Below are positions 39,084-42,429 of a stretch of 42,429 nt of DNA, piece after piece (position 1 is the stretch's first letter; the number at the start of each line of letters is the position of its first letter). The DNA is from an uncultured Fibrobacterales bacterium (GTDB lineage: Bacteria > Fibrobacterota > Fibrobacteria > Fibrobacterales > CAWVXU01), in contig CAWVXU010000013.1 in assembly GCA_963934255.1 (NCBI GenBank), positions 1 to 42,429 on the forward strand. The letters run 5' to 3'. Under the pieces are notes generated by a model. It was given only the letters and a program-made list of their open reading frames with translations, searched no databases and had not been told where the DNA came from. A program made the translations under genes and the position numbers.

Positions 39084-39959
39084 TTATTCAATATTTTGTA
39101 CTTGTTCTCTAATGATTTCAATTTCTTCTTTGAGCCCTACAGAGAGATGCTGCATTTCTGAAAAATGACTCTTAGTCGCCAAAGTATTGGCTTCTCGACT
39201 CATTTCTTGAAGTAGAAAATTGAGCTTTTTGCCAACAGGCTCTTTGAGCTTCATCGTGTTGATGAAAAGGAGATTATGTGAATGGAATCTTACGATTTCT
39301 TCAGTCACGTCCATTTTGTCAGCTAAAAGAGATGTTTCTTGAATCAATCTCGTTTCATCAATCTCATGGTCACCCAATAGTTTTTTGATTCGTTTAGCAA
39401 TTTTCTCATTGACTTCAGTTTGACGTTGAGGAAGTAACTCTCCAATTTTTTGCAGGTATGTTTTAATTGTTTTGATTCTTTTTTCAAGATCAACCCGAAG
39501 GTTTTTGCCTTCATCATTCCGCATATTGATGACCGACTTCAATGCTTTGTTGAGCACGAGTGCCACTTTTTTTGAAAGCGGCTCAAGGTCTTCACTTTGT
39601 TTGGCAAACTGAACCAATTCATTCATTTGGATGAGCTTGTTTACATCTAAATCACCACTCACACCGTCTACTTTGGTGAGCTTCTTGGCAACTTTAATAT
39701 AAGCATTCAATGTTTCGGTATGAATGCCAATGGGAATTGACGAAGAACTAAGCCCATGAATGTTGATATTACAATAAACACTACCTCGACTTAAAGTCGA
39801 CTGGATTTGTTCTTTGTATTCTAATTCCCACTCAGAGAGTTCTCGAGGGAGTCTTAAGGTGGTTTCTAAATAACGATTGTTGACCGTTTTTAGTTCTACA
39901 CTGATGTCGACGCCTTGAAATCTTGCGTCTGCTTTTCCAAATCCTGTCATACTTAACAT
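39084..39959 (-). CDS. yicC: YicC/YloC family endoribonuclease
   Basis: SMTGFG, KTVNNRYL, DVTEEIVRF, GKKLNFLLQEMSREANT, REQVQNIE. Confidence 0.96.
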   Translation of the reverse strand: MLSMTGFGKADARFQGVDISVELKTVNNRYLETTLRLPRELSEWELEYKEQIQSTLSRGSVYCNINIHGLSSSSIPIGIHTETLNAYIKVAKKLTKVDGVSGDLDVNKLIQMNELVQFAKQSEDLEPLSKKVALVLNKALKSVINMRNDEGKNLRVDLEKRIKTIKTYLQKIGELLPQRQTEVNEKIAKRIKKLLGDHEIDETRLIQETSLLADKMDVTEEIVRFHSHNLLFINTMKLKEPVGKKLNFLLQEMSREANTLATKSHFSEMQHLSVGLKEEIEIIREQVQNIE

Positions 39960-40030
39960 GAGAATGGTTTTCCTGAGCTAAAATGTGAGGTAAAAGTAGC
40001 AATTTGTTGTGATTTGTTTAAATTTCATCT

Positions 40031-41200
40031 ATGCAAAATCAAATCTTTTATCTCGACCACAATGCTACGACTCCAATTCACCCTCAAGTTGTCGCAGCTA
40101 TGGCAAATTCTATGGTTAATTTGAGCGCCAATCCTTCATCAACACATACTTTAGGCCGAAAGTCTAGGCTAGCCATTGAAGAAGCTAGGGAAGCGATTGC
40201 CGAGTTTATTCAAGCTCCTGCGCGAGAAATTATTTTCACATCGGGCGGCACTGAGTCAGATAATATGGCGATTTTGGGGCATAATTGGCAAAAAGGTGAT
40301 GAATTGATCACTAGCTTAATCGAACATCCGGCAATTGATTCATGTTTTGAGGTGCTTGAACAGTTAGGTGTGGTCATTCATTTTGTGAAATTAAACATCT
40401 CGGGCGTTGTGGATTTTGAAGACTTTAAATCTCTGCTGAGTTCAAAAACGAAAGTGATTTCTTTAATTTGGGCTCATAATGAAACCGGTCTTATTCAAGA
40501 TATACCGAAAATTGCAGCCTATTTAAAAGAAAAATCATTGGACAAACAAATATTCTTCCATAGTGATGCAGTTCAGGCTTTATCCAGATCTTCCCAAGTT
40601 CAAGTAATTGACGGTCTGAGTGCCTTGAGTCTTTCTTCTCATAAAATTAATGGGCCTAAAGGACTGGGAGCTTTGTGGGTAAAAGGTGGGCGTGAAATTG
40701 TAGAGCGTCAATTTGGAGGAAATCAAGAGCGTGAAATGAGACCGGGAACTGAGAATTTACATTCAATAATCGGTATGGCTGAAGCGGTGAAGCTGTGGTC
40801 TATCAATGGTGATGTTTGGAGAAATTCAATGGCGTATTTAAGAGATGAATTTGAACTGCAAATTGTGATTGCAATTCCGGGGGTCATGATCCACGCTCAA
40901 GATGAAAATCGATTGGTCAATACCTCATTAATCGCTTTTCCGGGCTTTGAGGCAGATATGCTACTTTTGGGTCTAGATATGGCTGGAATTCAGGTGAGTG
41001 CTGGCTCTGCATGTGCTGCGGGGGCTGTGAAAGCGTCACGTGTAGTGAGAAACCTGGGGTTTGATGATTCTATTTCTAAATCAACCTTGAGGTTCAGTTT
41101 TGGAGCTCCGATTGATGGCTTTAAAATGACTAAAGAAGATGTTTCCCTTGTTGTCTCAAAAGTACAGAATTTGATTGATATTGGTGGCGGAATAAAATAG
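40031..41200 (+). CDS. Cysteine desulfurase (IscS/NifS-type, group I)
   Basis: YLDHNATTP, NPSS.H, FTSGGTESDN, HSDAVQ, SSHKINGPKG (PLP Lys), SAGSAC (catalytic Cys). Confidence 0.95.
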   Translation: MQNQIFYLDHNATTPIHPQVVAAMANSMVNLSANPSSTHTLGRKSRLAIEEAREAIAEFIQAPAREIIFTSGGTESDNMAILGHNWQKGDELITSLIEHPAIDSCFEVLEQLGVVIHFVKLNISGVVDFEDFKSLLSSKTKVISLIWAHNETGLIQDIPKIAAYLKEKSLDKQIFFHSDAVQALSRSSQVQVIDGLSALSLSSHKINGPKGLGALWVKGGREIVERQFGGNQEREMRPGTENLHSIIGMAEAVKLWSINGDVWRNSMAYLRDEFELQIVIAIPGVMIHAQDENRLVNTSLIAFPGFEADMLLLGLDMAGIQVSAGSACAAGAVKASRVVRNLGFDDSISKSTLRFSFGAPIDGFKMTKEDVSLVVSKVQNLIDIGGGIK

Positions 41201-41274
41201 TATAGGTGGTCTTTAGTTTTAACAAAACACATCAAATGAGTATTTCTTAGTCTAAACGACCGGATGGATAACTG

Positions 41275-42429
41275 CTAAATGACATCGGCTAGAAGACAAA
41301 AGGTATCAGCTGTGTGAACTTTCACATGGAGGATAGTTCCAAATTCATATTTGCCTGGAATGACTACCGGCTTGTAAAAATCATTTCTACCGGTCATGGT
41401 GTTTTCCCCTTTACCAAATTCATCGATGATGATTTTACCTTCCCAGCCTACCCAACTTTGATTGTTCTCAAGGACAATTGTTTTGAATAGTTCAGTAAGC
41501 CTACGGCTGCGATCTTTTTTAATTTTACCTGGAATATCAACCATCGAAGCAGCTACAGTGCCTTCTCTTGGTACAAATCTAGTACGATTGACCACACTAG
41601 GTCGAGTATCTTCAACAAGCTTCATGGTCTTTAAAAAATCGTATTCTTCTTCTCCTGGAAAACCTACGATGATATCGGTAGAAATTGTCAGTTGAGGAAT
41701 AGCTTCACGCATTTTTTGAACAAGAAATAAATAGTCTTCAACACTATGTTTACGTTTCATGCCTTCTAAAACGGAACTAGATCCAGATTGAACCGGAAGG
41801 TGAATGAATTTGAAAACTTTTGGATGTTGAAGTGCTTCCACCAATTCTTCCCAATAAGTCAAAAGGTGACGGGGATTGCCCATGCCTAGGCGAATCATGA
41901 AATCACCCTCGATTTGAACTAATTCCTTTACTAAGCGCGCTAGATTCGTTTCAAATTCAAAGCCATAACACGCTGCGTCTTGTCCAGTGAGCCAAATTTC
42001 CTTGCATCCATCCGCAACCAGCTCGCCGACTTCAAGTGTTAAAGCCTCTATGGAATAACTTTTCAATTTGCCTTTAATAGCAACAGTCGAACAAAATGAA
42101 CAACGATCTAGACAACCTGAGCATACAGGTACTATTCCGACTGCAGGATTTGAACGAATTCGTGGTAAATTTATTCGGTCTGCGTCCCGTTTTTTTAAAT
42201 CAAAAACGGGGGTGTTGTCAAGAGTTGAATTCACGGCTTGCGTGATTTGTGATACACCATGAGTTGTCGTTACCGAGATTCTGTGGTCTAATTTTTGAGC
42301 AATCTCTGCTAAACTTTTTGTGACACAACCTCCAATAATAATCTTACGATCAGGGTCTTCTTTGAGTGCCGTTTTAATCTCTTTGAGTGCCCCTGAATCA
42401 CCTTTAACGGTGCATACATTGAGAAGCAA
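41275..42429 (-). CDS. Radical SAM tRNA methylthiotransferase, archaeal/eukaryotic e-MtaB (CDKAL1-like) type; 5' end outside the window
   Basis: LLNVCTVK, IGGC, CLDRCSFC, GKLKSY, KEIWLTGQD, IRLGMGNP, HLPVQSGS, TDIIVGFPGE, C-terminal TRAM. Confidence 0.85.
   Translation of the reverse strand: MLLNVCTVKGDSGALKEIKTALKEDPDRKIIIGGCVTKSLAEIAQKLDHRISVTTTHGVSQITQAVNSTLDNTPVFDLKKRDADRINLPRIRSNPAVGIVPVCSGCLDRCSFCSTVAIKGKLKSYSIEALTLEVGELVADGCKEIWLTGQDAACYGFEFETNLARLVKELVQIEGDFMIRLGMGNPRHLLTYWEELVEALQHPKVFKFIHLPVQSGSSSVLEGMKRKHSVEDYLFLVQKMREAIPQLTISTDIIVGFPGEEEYDFLKTMKLVEDTRPSVVNRTRFVPREGTVAASMVDIPGKIKKDRSRRLTELFKTIVLENNQSWVGWEGKIIIDEFGKGENTMTGRNDFYKPVVIPGKYEFGTILHVKVHTADTFCLLADVI

Noticed and set aside
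6717..42262. Many short antisense or alternate-frame ORFs in the track (e.g. 7804-8136, 20569-20886, 28041-28463, 31774-32031)
   Set aside because: They lie inside well-supported genes and have no recognisable motifs; shadow ORFs.
1..42429. CRISPR array, prophage or recognisable defence system
   Set aside because: No regularly spaced direct repeats and no cas, phage structural, integrase or defence-type ORFs recognised.

Overview
AT-rich bacterial chromosomal window. Gene content and protein style suggest a diderm of the FCB group, possibly Fibrobacterota (inference, not verified). Bases 1-4.3 kb are an erosion zone: two decayed IS3-family elements (one with both inverted repeats still readable, 1492-2499), a fragmented + strand gene split by that IS, and a decayed cheB, mixed with small heme/cytochrome-assembly-type membrane genes (CcsA/HemX-like, YbaN, DUF420). 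Bases 5.9-23.5 kb are one co-oriented, often translationally coupled run: ribD-ribE-ribBA-ribH-nusB, then DUF2723 (TMEM260-like GT-C)-GT2-rmlD-like-polyprenol-P-mannose synthase-like GT2-GT2, then accA-Trm112-like-acidic TPR (FimV/HubP-like)-accB-pilT/pilU-like-accC-FecR. The remainder is mostly housekeeping and envelope genes: rimO, SPOR lipoprotein, rpsU, a REC-RsbW-like kinase fusion, AsmA, M48 peptidase, glgB, tRNA-Asp/tRNA-Val (the latter overlapped by a DUF3098-like CDS), a 7TM-HD phosphodiesterase, aspS, yicC, a cysteine desulfurase and a truncated archaeal/eukaryotic-type (CDKAL1/e-MtaB-like) tRNA methylthiotransferase. Best leads: (1) a putative bacterial TMEM260-like protein O-mannosylation cassette, (2) a pilus-retraction ATPase and a polar-landmark-like protein embedded among the acetyl-CoA carboxylase genes, (3) an archaeal-type MtaB in a bacterium, (4) a CDS whose last codons and stop are the 5' end of tRNA-Val. 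All family calls come from motif recognition by eye; no searches were run.
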